A stretch of 64,000 bases of DNA from Corallochytrium limacisporum Hawaii (Eukaryota; Protista; Pluriformea), in contig PDIP01000036.1 in the NCBI GenBank assembly GCA_002811645.1, forward strand, positions 124,001-188,000. Reading direction: 5' to 3'. Shown here piece by piece: positions 21,918 through 33,241 of this stretch. The notes below the pieces were generated by a model. The model was given only the letters and a program-made list of their open reading frames with translations, did no database searches and was not told the DNA's origin. The translations under genes were made by a program, and so were the position numbers. Position 1 is the first letter of the stretch. Every line of letters starts with the position of its first letter.

Positions 21918-23243
21918 TTAGAACAAGTCATCCAGGTCATCGTCCATGTCATAGTAGTCGTCTTCGTCTAGCATGAGTTCAGCCAGGTCGACCTTGTAGC
22001 GGAGCAGACCGCCGATACCTCCGAACCCCTTAACGAACTGTGATCCCTCCGGGCTCTTGTCGGTCACAATCTCCAGGGTGGCACCGAATTTCTTGTAGTT
22101 ATTGGCAAGCCATTCTAACAAGCTCACTTTCTCGACAACCTCGAGATCTGTTCCGGTCTCCTTATCTACAAAGTGCGTCCGGTCCTTCTCTTGCTCGGGC
22201 CGCAGATGAATTGTGGTGACCTCGTCGTTGGTAGTGTTCTTGAGATCAAACCGTTGGATATCGAGATTTTCCCATACGACAAGGGTCTCAACCGCACCCA
22301 TATCTAGGCATTTAAGGGTGTCATCCACCCCGAAACAGTACTTGCCCGTGTCCTGAGAGATCTCATCGAAGAACTGGTTGATGAGCTTCTTCTCCTGGAT
22401 AAATTTGACGTTTGCCAATGACTCTTGAGCAAGCTCGATGGCCTGGTTAAAACCGTTCTCGCCACCGTAGCTAACGTCGACAACCTTGATAATCTTAGCA
22501 GCGAGACGCTGATCGAACATGTCGGACTGGGAGAGTTCAGTTTTGAAGTCGGCACTACCCGCAATGACCAAGCCGCTCACATTGGGCTTGTCGTTGGTGA
22601 TGAACATTTGTGTTGCGGTCTCAGCGACCTTACGCACATAGTTGTGTCGCTTCTCCATACGCAAACGAGCGAAACGCAGAGCGGACTGACCACCTCGTCC
22701 GTGCTTTTTGGGAAGGTCGACTGTAAACTTGTGCATGACATCGCGAGTGTTACCCTGCAGAGTTCCAAAAAGTGCACCGTTACCATCCATAACAATGAAC
22801 CCGAAGCGATTGTCGTCAGCCAAGAGCTCTTGCAAAGCCTCTGTGTGGAACTTGTTGTCACACAGATATAACGATGTGTTGATGGGCTTGAAAGGTTCAA
22901 AATCAATATTGACCTTCTTTTCCTTACCTTCCTCGGTCACGATGGTACCGCAATACACCACCAGACCATTTGGGGGCACCTTGTTGAAAAGCTTGAGCTT
23001 CTGTTGCACTGACACAATGGCAGACAATACAGACAAGCGGTTGACACGAGACTTAATGTTCGAAGCAGTACCGTACTCATCGGCCAACATCTTGGACACT
23101 CGAGTAATCTGATCCTTTGGAGGAATAATAAGCGAAATCATGCTAGTACCGTTTCCGCGAGCCGCCTCTAGGTTGTAGATAAGTTTCTTGACCTTCCAGA
23201 TCTCGACATTGCGGTCTGTCGATTCTTCTTCCTGACCACCCAT
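21918..23243 (-). CDS. ETF1: Eukaryotic peptide chain release factor 1
   Basis: GTS, TASNIKS, YLCDNKF and GGQS motifs are intact. Confidence 0.99.
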   Translation of the reverse strand: MGGQEEESTDRNVEIWKVKKLIYNLEAARGNGTSMISLIIPPKDQITRVSKMLADEYGTASNIKSRVNRLSVLSAIVSVQQKLKLFNKVPPNGLVVYCGTIVTEEGKEKKVNIDFEPFKPINTSLYLCDNKFHTEALQELLADDNRFGFIVMDGNGALFGTLQGNTRDVMHKFTVDLPKKHGRGGQSALRFARLRMEKRHNYVRKVAETATQMFITNDKPNVSGLVIAGSADFKTELSQSDMFDQRLAAKIIKVVDVSYGGENGFNQAIELAQESLANVKFIQEKKLINQFFDEISQDTGKYCFGVDDTLKCLDMGAVETLVVWENLDIQRFDLKNTTNDEVTTIHLRPEQEKDRTHFVDKETGTDLEVVEKVSLLEWLANNYKKFGATLEIVTDKSPEGSQFVKGFGGIGGLLRYKVDLAELMLDEDDYYDMDDDLDDLF

Positions 23244-23440
23244 GTTTATAGTGGGAAAAGGACGTACTGTACAAATTCCTTCCCAAAGAAATACAAGCTT
23301 AAGTAAATTTGAATGTCAGTCCAACCTTACGTACGCGTGTACGATTTCAAATAGCAACACGGTCTTGCACAACGTACACTTTCGGGATACCTAAGAAAGG
23401 AAAACATGCTTGAGACCTAAGACTGACTGTGTTTCCTCTT

Positions 23441-24240
23441 TCCTGCACTCTGAACAAATTCTGGTCTTCCCCGAGCTCTCGGCCTGCCCCGGGCACACTT
23501 CCCCTCGGATGCTTCCTGGTTAAGGGCCTCGTGGGTCTCACGAGTCGGTTAGAAGACGAAGCGTTGGAGAGAGATACAGAGAGAGAGAGGACCCCGCCCC
23601 CCCCCCCCTCCCGGGGGGAGGCCTTCCTGCCTTTTGGGCGGTGAAAAACCGTAGCGGATGGCTTGAGGGGTGGCGGGGCGATTTATTTTTTGGGTTCTCG
23701 GGTTTCCTTGCCTCCTCGCCCTCCGACACACTTCCCTTTTCCTTTAGTTCAGGCTCTCTCGCATGCAAACTGAGGCTTTTCAGTTGTCTCAAAGCTGTTT
23801 CCGGACTCTCCCTTTCTTTTTACTTCTTGCCTTGCTCCCTCTCGGTCTCAATCGCTCCTTGTTTTCTTGTTTTCTTTTGTTTTTTTTTTCCTTTTTTTTT
23901 CGGAGATTTAGTTTGAGTCCTTAAAGTCTCCTTTTACTTTTCTTACACCCTGCCCGTTAAAAGTGGTCTCCGTTCCGGAACCCAAGGGGAGAGAAAAGAG
24001 AGAGAGAGAGAAAGAAAGAAAAAAGTTTCAATACTGCGACAGCGTAGGAAATCTCACTTGCGCCCAGCATTGGAGCGGTGGAGAATGAAAACAAGCGCTC
24101 ACACTGCCTGCCAGCACCGCACCACACACACAGAGACACCGAGCACGAGCCAACAAAGTGCCCACAGTGTGCCGCCGCACAGCAGCGCACACAAAACTTG
24201 CTGCCGGGAGCTTGGCGGAAAAGGACCAACGTCAGTACAG
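23441..24240. promoter_or_regulatory. ApT-poor island upstream of eRF1 (putative, possibly bidirectional, promoter)
   Basis: About 13 ApT in 800 nt by hand count versus about 26 in the next 200 nt; C, T and GA tracts. Confidence 0.6.
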
Positions 24241-26451
24241 TCAGTACGGGAGGATGGCCGACTGTGTATTGATATACCTACGTATTCGAAGATGCGTGTA
24301 GTACGTTAGCTCCGGAAAGGGAGCAATATTCTGAGTGCGTCTGAAGTGGTAACATGATTTATACAAAGAAGTCGGGATATAAAATATATTTTCAAAATGG
24401 ATTCTAATCACAACGAATATATGGAGAATATATTAATCACAGAGGGCCTTGCCAGGTCCGGTTCCCAAAAGGACGCGCGTTCTGCCACCTGGATCTCATG
24501 TTCTCTTCGCCTCGTCGGTCCCCTCCGCTCAGCAGACACCCTCTGAGAGCATCATCAGCAAGCCGAAGACCCAAGATTTATGTCCTTCGTCTATGTGCCA
24601 GATGCATTTGGGGGTCATCATAAGCAGCATTGACAGAGAACCACTGGATCTATCCATTTTGACTCTTGATCTTGTGTACAAGCCTTCATCTGGACTACGT
24701 TCAACTTCGACATAGACTATGCTAAACAAGTATAGACAGATCAAGGTGAGATAGAATATGGACAATATGGCCCATCCACAACTCAAAGGAACGTGTCGTA
24801 ACCTGAAGAATGCCGAGGATTTGGCGCCGATACTTTTGGACCATTGGCACTTGTCCTTCAAAGTTGTCAAATGGGGGAACAAGGAGTTGGTGAAAGAAGG
24901 AATGTATAGGTTCGTTCGAATTCCTTGTTTTCCATACTTTGATTATGGCAGCCACCCTTTGCGTCCTTCGCAAATGACATATCGGAAGCAACTCAAAGTG
25001 TAAAACAGTGAATTCAATGAGTTTTTGCTAGATCTCCAGCCGCGCCACCTGGCTTGGCTCCGACAAGCGCACTTGCACGTACTGGTACTGAAAGCGAAAC
25101 GCCGCGCCCAAGGCCAAGAGGGCCCAAACGGGGGCCCCCGCCTCCAGCACCCTCCCTGTTACAAGCCCGTGCTGTATGGATAGGTGTGTCATCGAGGGTA
25201 TTGTCGTATCTCTCATCATCAACCACAGAGCCTCGCTTCAGCGCGGCGATGGTGAATTTCCTTGTATTTGGTATCTCCGAAACTCCAACAAAAAAGGTCT
25301 TACATTTTAAAGAAGAACGACCCCTTCATGGGAGAAAGTACCGTTGCCAGTCGGATTTTCTGGTTGGATTACAGCCGACATGTACCTGTCATGCTATATC
25401 ACCATCTGTCCGAGAGACTATGGCGAGTGTATAGATCATCGGGGGTACCCCCGTGATTTCAAACAGCTAGTCTCAGCATGGCCGTCCCCTGTCGCGAGCT
25501 GTCAAGAATGGGATGTCTTGCGCACTTTGTCCCTCTGTCCTAGCACCAGAGATTCAGCGAAAGCTGGTGTGGTCGAAAAGCAACACGTAGCGAAGTGTGT
25601 AAAGAAATTGATAAAAATGGTTATCCGGACTGGAAGCAGTGTGGAACCGTTCGGGTCATTGATCGTGATCGCCGTTCTGTGCAGCAGTGTTCTGGTGTAT
25701 GATGTTTTCATTTGTACTTTGCAGGTTGCTGACTGTCAAAACGTACCACAGTTGTGGCAAAGGGCGAAACAAAATATACCTTGTCTAAACTTTTCCATCT
25801 TTGCAGAGTAGGGGCAGCTCTGGCTTGCTCGAGATAGTGTGGGAACTCACCCTGTTGATATCTGCACCAAGGTAGCTGGATACACTGAGAATTGAGAACT
25901 TGTCTGCACCAAGTGCACCATAGTTCTTGGCAGTCCATCCCCACAGTGGACGCGGGGCTATAGTGAAAGTAGGGAGCGGGTTTTGGGCCCCATCCAAACT
26001 TTGCGAGCGGAGCCCTCTGTGGGGAGGGAAGGGCTGGGCGTAGAACAACCTGTGGCCGGCCTGGTGATCGGGTCAGTGGTATTGAGTCCATGTAGAGTCC
26101 AATGGCATGTCAAATTCAGAACGTTGGGAGCATCGTCTAACATCATCAAACCATTGCCACCTATCAGGATTCAAGAGATTATAGAAGGGGGTACAGGGGG
26201 TTGCCAAGATTTTGTTGATCAATATAATACAAACCAATATAGTTTCCGAGAAACGGTCAGCAAGACGAACCAACAACACAAGAAATCGTAGACAGAGGTC
26301 AGCCTTTTACGTTGGTGAACATGATATGGATGGAGCAATGCTTGTAATTTCTTTCGATATGGACAGGTGCGATTGATGTTGCCGACACTTGCGGCTGACT
26401 ATGCTAAACTGTATGATGAGAGAGTATTGATAACAGGACGCGACTAAGCAG

Positions 26452-26925
26452 TTAGAGCATGCTCATGTCAAGCTCAAACTTGTTGTCCTCCTTGACGAGA
26501 GCAAGGAACTCATGGTTCTGTGCGGTCTCCTCGGGAGAAGTGAACACCTCATAACGTGACTCAAAGGGAGAGCTAGCAATAGAGGAAGTAAACTCATCTG
26601 TGAGTTTGGGAGATAGCTCAAAGTTGACGGCCTCGGTTGTGGCTGATTCATCGAATGATCTGCGGTGAGAAGGCGGGGCGCGCTTCAAGGCCGCAACCAA
26701 TGCATTGCGAAGAGTAGCATTCTCTTCTTCGAGAACATCAATGCGTTCACGAAGTGCCTGTTTGTCTGTGTTCAATTCTTTAACATTGGCGGAAAGCTCT
26801 TCGATCAGCATCTTCCTGCGCTGGCGGCAACGCGCCGCTGCCTCGCGGTTCTTGGAGCGTTTTGCAGCCTTCTTGGCTTCAATGGCGGACATTTCCACGG
26901 GCGCGAGGGTCTTCTTGGGTGCCAT
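26452..26925 (-). CDS. bZIP transcription factor (Fos/ATF-like basic region); first ATG at 26925 (MAPKK)
   Basis: KRSKNREAAARCRQRRK (N-x7-R) followed by a leucine zipper (L-x6-L-x6-L-x6-L-x6-L); acidic Ser-rich C-terminus. Confidence 0.9.
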   Translation of the reverse strand: MAPKKTLAPVEMSAIEAKKAAKRSKNREAAARCRQRRKMLIEELSANVKELNTDKQALRERIDVLEEENATLRNALVAALKRAPPSHRRSFDESATTEAVNFELSPKLTDEFTSSIASSPFESRYEVFTSPEETAQNHEFLALVKEDNKFELDMSML

Positions 26926-27239
26926 ACTGTGTTTGAGGACTCGGCAGAGGGGATATATGAGAGTACGTCGAGTGCAGATTGCAAACTTTGAAGGTGATAT
27001 CACAGCCGGTGCGACTTCATCGTTGTTCCTGTTTGATTTCCCTACCCCTTGTCTGACTTGCTGTTGTATTTTGTTCAAATAGGCGGCGTGATCCTGTTCG
27101 GACTGACTCTACTGGCCTATTGGGATTGCGCAAACTCGCATCGGCCGTGGTGAACCCGACCCAGAAACGAGACACGACGAAGAAGGAAGACCTGCAGGGC
27201 CCTCTTCGCAACAAACAATCCTGACCTTTATGCCCCCCC

Positions 27240-27448
27240 NNNNNNNNNNNNNNNNNNNNNNNNNNNNNNNNNNNNNNNNNNNNNNNNNNNNNNNNNNNNN
27301 NNNNNNNNNNNNNNNNNNNNNNNNNNNNNNNNNNNNNNNNNNNNNNNNNNNNNNNNNNNNNNNNNNNNNNNNNNNNNNNNNNNNNNNNNNNNNNNNNNNN
27401 NNNNNNNNNNNNNNNNNNNNNNNNNNNNNNNNNNNNNNNNNNNNNNNN
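27240..27448. other. Assembly gap (N) within the island upstream of the bZIP gene
   Basis: N run flanked by C runs. Confidence 0.99.
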
Positions 27449-30400
27449 TCCCCTTCTTCCCGTTTTTTCAAGCCCCGACCCAGACCAGTCAGTGATGTCC
27501 CAACGCCAAGCCCTTTCTTCCATCCCTCTGGATTTATACGCCCGTCCGCAGGAGTGGTGAATACTCCCACTGCTCACCAACCCTTTTATCTGCTTCCCCT
27601 TTCCCCATTTCTGTCCGCTTCGTCCCCAATTCCCCATTTCGTGAGCAGTGCGGTGGCTAGTGGCTGCTTTAGTGGTGGGGAAGGGGAAAGGGGAAACGGG
27701 ATCCGAAGTGAGAAGGGGACCCTACAAAGCCATGGGTATTGTTCCCGGACTTAGATCGCTTTCCTAGAACACCAGCGGGAATTCCCTTCAGTGTTATCTG
27801 TCTAACTCCGCCTCCACCCACGTCTTGCGGCCCGCACTTAGTGGCTTCAGGATGTGCAAGATGTGCCCGCTGTGTGCGGTGTTTTCCTTGTAGATGCGCT
27901 GCGAATTATTGTACTATGTGAATTGACACCATTCCGCATTCCGATATCGCAACGTTGGCACATGTACTCTGTGGGAGACCGCGAGCTCTTTGCCTGTTGA
28001 GCAGGGTCAGCTACTATCCCGGGACTGAAGAACTGTCTTTAGGGACCTGCCAACTTCATAAGCGGACCATAGCTTTTGGTGTCGGGTTTGCGCAATCCCG
28101 CACGCACTACTCGGGGATTGCTCCCGCGCACCCCCAAAACAAAAACAACACAACGCGGGAGTTTTATCGCTTGATTTGAACGTGAGCAAGCCGATCTCCG
28201 CACGTTTAGCAATTGACCATCCTGCCCACGTTGTGGTCTATCGCAGTCGGCACGGAAAGACCAGGGTCCGCATTCCACTTCCAAAGTGCGATTCTTTCAG
28301 AGCTTCCACATTGGTTTGTTAGTTTCAGCAGACTTCGGACATTAGAAAACAGATGGGTGTTCCGATTCCTAAAGTATGAGGCCGACTGATATCCAATTGC
28401 GGTGGCCACCATCACCGATCTCTCACAGAAAACAGGGCGGCCTAGTGAGCATTGTAAGCAGATCTTAGTTCCAGTAGGTGCCACAGCTGAACATCTGAGG
28501 GAGGAGAAGTCAAGAATTCATGAATTTGCCAATAAATGCCATTCACAATGCATACCAACCTGCTCTTCTCGAGGGTTTGGCGCGCCTTCACAGCCACTGT
28601 TATTTAGTCGAGGCTCTGTCAGCACTTCAGGGTGAAACATTGATGGCGATTTGATGCCAATTTGGGTGATCTTGTACGGCCATGGATGGGCGATAAGACT
28701 CCTTTTCTGATCTGCTTATGCCCTCTTCAAGGGTCGGCGGGGCATCCCACACGTACGCGAATTTGCCGCCAATGTTCGACAAGCCAGTAAGACGAATACA
28801 TGATTCGGAAAGGTGCTCTGTATGTACCGTCTAAGGTCTTTTTTTCTTAAGTTTGGAAACATACACCTGGTAGGCAATATTTTGCTCCATCTCCTGATTC
28901 CGCCTTATGCACCATTTGGTGGAATACGAACCTGCACCGTGTCAAATATGCCGCAAACTAAACTTGAGAAAAAAGGGTGGCGACTGCCGTCCGAACCAGA
29001 AGTGATCTGGACCAACCTGCGTTTACTATCTTGATGTCATCTCGACGAAATACTCTACGCAAGCCGACTCGTGCGTAAGCGGGACTCCTGCTGTGCTACT
29101 CTCAGCCTCCCTTTTTCCACTGGGCACCCGTCCGGACAAGGCGGTGGTAGATGAAACAGCTACTTACCGCCTTTACCATGTCACAGTGTTCGTTTTGGGT
29201 ACGGTGACCTGTATGTTAAAGAGAAACTATGACTTCCGAGGCTCACATACACCGTGGGCTTCGCGTGGGTCACTTTAAGGGCATAGATTGGCTGCATAAT
29301 TGTTACTTGAAGTTGCTGCGGTAGTCGTTTTGCATCATCAGCTCTTACTCGAGACAATTCGGGTGGACAACTTGGCGAGGAAGGAGGACACGGTGGAGTA
29401 ATTGGCACATGAAACCAACGAACAATAGAGAAATCCACAAATTCCAAAGAACGCCTGCCTTCTAAATAGTGTCAAAAACTGACCACCATGTTAACCCTTT
29501 GCTCTTTACCAGGTTTGAAGCATCAGCGTTCACGATGTGCGGTCGATGTCCGAAACTACGACACCCTCAATGCCCAGTGCAGCTCGTCCTCTCCACCGAG
29601 GGACTAGGAAACACTGTAGTTTGAAGTCCCCCGGTTGAGGAAGTCGCCGGTGCGTTGTAGACGAGGTGTATTGATCTCAAGAGTTGCTATCCCTTCGACT
29701 GGCCAAAGTGCCCATAGAAAAGCCGATACCCTATCTGTTCCCATCTCGTCCAAATAGAGATGAATCGGAATCTCCTTCCCACCGCGAGCATGCACTCAGC
29801 ATAATGCACTGGCCATCAGTTCGACGTGTTCTGTTCCACTTCGAGAAGTGATATGGCAAACGTGTGGCACAACATAGAGCCCCCTGCCCAACTGGTCGGT
29901 TTGTATGAGAATGTTGGTCTGTACTAAGCGTTTTCTTGTCCAAGCGCAAGAGTGTCCATTTGTCCACTGCCATTTGGAGTGCGACAAGCCTTTGACACAT
30001 GACAGACAGCTCGTACATCCGCTGTTTTGACCATGCCGACAACTTTTCAGTGGCGACACAAGCTATCTTAAGTCTGCTTTGACATAAACGGGATCTCAAA
30101 TGCAACATCGGGGCTTCGAATGATCGCGACTGTCCGCTCAGTAAGCTTCATATAGAACTAAGTTAAGTCTCTTGACAGCTTTATGGATTTGTTCGACAAA
30201 GGTAATCAAAGAGCAGGGGAGGAAGCCCGGGAATTGTGTTGTATGTCAGCTTTCCGTTTGCGGTGGTGATTTGTTTCCCTTTCTACTTCCTCTCCCGTTT
30301 CGTCGTCCTCGCTTACTTTGGTGACAGCCACTGACAGACGACAGGGTAGCGGGCACGTTTGCTACTATTGAGTATTGGTCTCCAGGACGGTGGGAAGCCC

Positions 30401-33241
30401 GCACCCTGGATGTTTTGGTAGTAGGCCACAACAGTGGACATCACTTCCACAGTCGCGGCGAAATATGTCGAAGGCAATGGACTCCGAGAGAAGTTGTGTC
30501 CCGCCCAAAAAAGTGTGCTATGGGTGGATCAGTTACTTGTAAATTTCATCGGTTCCTGATTGCAAGAACCCAAGTGAAACAATGGCGAATCCTGGCTGGA
30601 ATGGGACATGGGATACTGCAAACCAACTTGTCTCAGCTGAGCCATCAAGTGCACGACTTTGGTTCCAATTGTTAGTACACCGGTGACCGATCCCCCGTGT
30701 TGTACGGTAATGGGGGAAGCACCTCCCGGACGTACGTTATGCCGGCAGCAGTTGGGCGGACCAAGATCAACGGCATCGACCATCTCGAGATATCCAAATG
30801 GAGACGGCAAGCCGCCCAGTTGAATGCGATGCCCACTGAGAGGTGTTCAAGAGGGAGGTCTAAAAATAGAGCCGTTGCAGTTTCATCGCTTTCATACGCT
30901 CCCCCTTTGTCATTGTACTGTGTATGTATACGGCGGCTTCAATTTTAACGAAGAACACTGTTCAGGTCCAATCTATTTCTTTCTTCTCCCCTGTGTTTTG
31001 TACGCTTCATCTCAACATCCTCCCACAGCAGGAGTAAACGAAAAGATATACTTTCATGGAAGTGATTACACCATTCCCCGCACCCGCAAGATCAATTGCA
31101 AACATTTCCCATATAATATGGTTTTCTCTACGAAGCGACGATCCCCAGACATTGACGACAATTTTTGTTACTATAAGCCTATGGTCAAGAGTCTTCCGTG
31201 CTGACGATTCAGGGTCATTTGGGTCATCCAGAGGCAATGAAGCGAGCATCCAACCATAGACAACCCTAGTATTCATGCAGCTAAATGCTCGGTGCAAACC
31301 ATTGGATTCGACATCCTGCAGATCATGTTATCTGCCAGTTAAATCCTCCCAGTGTCCACATGAACGATGGGTGGCAATGGCTTCCGAATGACGGGTATGG
31401 TACCATCCAAAGAATCTCCGCATCCATCGGCCTTGTCCGTCCGGACTTGAGCGGTACTCGTTTCGTCACACCTCCGTAATTCCCCGGGTGTGTTGTGTAT
31501 AAGAAACTTGTGGCCGTTTTCCGTCCTAATGCGCCTCACATACAATCTGTGACAAACAAGACGTCTTGTACAGTATTGTCACAGCGGCCGCTAAAGGGCA
31601 GATCCCCTTCCTTCTTAAACCTCTCGGGGGAATACTTCAGAACAAGTACACGCTTGAGGACATTCGAAACAGCCACCCAGAAAACGAAAGGAGAAGACGG
31701 GGGCGGAGGGGGGAAGAGGTGAGGAACGCCGGACTAGCTGTGCACTTCTTCTTTTTCCACACCGGCTCATGCGGTCATCGCTGTTGGCCTTGGTAAAAAA
31801 ACTACTGCGAATGTTTACCACGTTAGCAACTGCTTCGTGATCAGGACTTTTGACGAAGTGCCATCGATAACCTACTTGGTCACTAGCAGCTGCGGGACTC
31901 TCGAGGACATCCTCGCAGCATGGGGATTCTTGGCGAAGGAATTCAAATATGGAGCGGCTTAGCTTTGAATTCCCTGCAACGCGCGCCTCGTCGACGATTC
32001 CGAGCGACTAACCTGACTGTATATTCCCGCGCTGCCCCCGCCCACTCACCGCTTGCATAGCATCCGAAGTCTTCAGGAAAACGAACCTCCTGGTGTCAGA
32101 GGGAGAGAGAAACTATCTGTCAAATTTTGAAGAAACAAGGGGGACGAGTAAACATTTTTGTACTCGATACGACGACGGTGGTGGTAAGTATGTACTCCTG
32201 AGGCTAAATCTGTAGTCTCCACTTGAAGTGGCTTCGAGGACACAATAGGGGTGCGAGCAGTGGACACCACTCTGTTCAATGACCGCTTGTCGGTGGGCGC
32301 ATGAACCGTAATTCCTTCTCTGACGATTATTGAAGGAACAATCGTCACAGTAAGAAACGGAACGACGAGAAAAGTACACGACAAAGATCTTTATTCTAAG
32401 TGTGCTGGCCTCTAGTTGGTACTGGGTGCCTCAAGCGTTACAATAATCAGGTCGGCCCACCGCCGAGCCTGCATCCTAACATGCAACTGTCCGGGAAATA
32501 CCATTGACGTGAAACGGAAACCTGTAAGATTTCCGGCCCAGCATGAATGTGTACAGGAAGCCAACGTTAATTGAGTGTGTAGAGATCCCGAAATGAAGTG
32601 ACCGGGGTCCCTCCCCTTCATACTCTTTGCACCGGTGCCGACAGAATCGAAATCATAAATCAAATACAATCATTTGCATCAGCAAGTTTTTGGTCATTGA
32701 GTTCTCTGGCCAATACCTAAAATTGAAAATAGTAAGTATAAGTAAATTGAGCAGTCCTCGTTCTAGTCCATTTCGACAAGGCCGCTCTGGCGGGGGGAAT
32801 GGAGTTTGCGCCTTAACGAATTCGCTGCGACACCGAAGGGTAGGGGGGAGGGGGGTTGTGAATGCGAGCGCTTCTACGCTGGCTCTCATTTTTTTTACCT
32901 AGACTTTGGGACCCCTTCCCGCCAATATATGCGCACCAGCTTAGGGGCGCGGGGGTTTCAAAATCTATCGCGTCGAAAGAGCGTTGCCAACAAGACTGGC
33001 TTTGTGTCCAAATGGCCTAAAGGGCAATGGGGAAGGTCGGGTTTGGGTCAGGGAGTATGCCCTCAAGTTCGTGTCTACTGTGTCTGATCATTCCTTTGTA
33101 TCGATGCATATTTATAGTACACAACTTGATGAGTATGTGTACTGTTCTTCTTCATGGAGTCGTCACAGACGGTAAAAATTCCAAGGCAGAAGTATGGCAT
33201 GATTCAATTTGCTAGAGTCGATTAGATTCGCAACAGTGAAC

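Noticed and set aside
21918-23243. Alternative genetic code suggested by short broken ORFs in the intergenic DNA
   Set aside because: eRF1 has canonical GTS, NIKS and YxCxxxF motifs, and conserved genes end properly in TAA, TAG and TGA.
26302-26310. U5 snRNA loop 1 sequence GCCTTTTAC
   Set aside because: The flanks do not form the closing stem and no Sm site is evident.
32937-32949. 13-mer CAGCTTAGGGGCG shared with 58339-58351, both upstream of + strand genes
   Set aside because: Tens of 13-mer matches are expected by chance in 64 kb, and no third copy was found.
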